Part shown: positions 63,955-64,000 of the stretch, piece after piece
Layout: each line of letters opens with the position of its first letter
Numbering within the stretch: position 1 is the first letter of the stretch
NCBI GenBank assembly: GCA_963799305.1
Contig: CAWCWX010000004.1
Location: 43,320-107,319, forward strand
Direction: 5' to 3'
DNA length: 64,000 nt
Origin: an uncultured Acidobacteriota bacterium
GTDB lineage: Bacteria > Acidobacteriota > Terriglobia > Terriglobales > Acidobacteriaceae
Made by a program: the position numbers and the translations under genes
Notes under the pieces: model-generated
The model's input: the letters and a program-made list of their open reading frames with translations, nothing else
The model's database searches: none
What the model was told of the DNA's origin: nothing

Positions 63955-64000
63955 AGCAGGCGCCCTCGCGAAATTCGCCGAAGCGACTCAAGGTTGCCCT
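63951..64000 (+). CDS. Start of the next EPS-locus gene (partial; function unknown)
   Basis: ATG 63951 overlaps the previous stop (ATGA). The open frame MKQAPSRNSPKRLKVA runs off the right edge. Confidence 0.3.
   Translation, partial: MKQAPSRNSPKRLKVA

Overview
High-GC bacterial chromosomal segment. The gene content looks Acidobacteriota-like (inference only): a wHTH/TolB-N/TPR regulator beside a carboxypeptidase-regulatory-domain receptor remnant, a BNR/sortilin-type hydrolase, a giant multi-domain lipoprotein and an exosortase-linked EPS locus. I support about 50 protein-coding genes and saw no rRNA, tRNA, CRISPR array, transposase or integrase. There are three blocks. (i) 1-8.3 kb holds two divergent operons encoding a PCP-thioesterase didomain protein, aldehyde dehydrogenase, GT2, flavin oxidoreductase, ATP-grasp ligase, Sfp-type PPTase and a stand-alone 296-aa exosortase. 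(ii) 9-44.9 kb holds mixed genes: secreted beta-helix and Ig-like proteins, ugd, a 78-aa PEP-CTERM-like mini-protein, an M13 peptidase plus CN-hydrolase pair, an Ada/AlkA fusion, patatin, a 5'-3' exonuclease, a BNR protein, RidA, an APC permease, wecB, a 1703-aa lipoprotein with 15 tandem ~104-aa domains, a K+ channel and Nnr. (iii) 44.9-64 kb holds a near-canonical exosortase/EpsI exopolysaccharide locus: regulator, export protein, OM barrel, chain-length determinant, ATPase, BY-kinase, priming transferase, glycosyltransferases, O-antigen-ligase-like protein, methyltransferase and AsnB-type amidotransferase. The most interesting points are listed here. The extra exosortase is apparently co-transcribed with a carrier-protein/ATP-grasp/PPTase cassette, and the thioesterase has Cys in place of the nucleophile Ser. 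The minimal exosortase-substrate-like peptide carries VPEGG instead of VPEP. A TTGCAAC-based palindromic operator is shared by two intergenic regions. The EBP-like regulator at the head of the EPS operon lacks GAFTGA and the Walker B DE pair. A ~240-bp direct repeat has copied the permease promoter and 5' end in frame onto a beta-helix gene. The giant gene contains a near-identical 936-bp tandem duplication. Several genes are broken by 1-nt frameshifts, which could be decay or assembly indels. All family calls come from motif recognition by eye; no database search or computation was possible.
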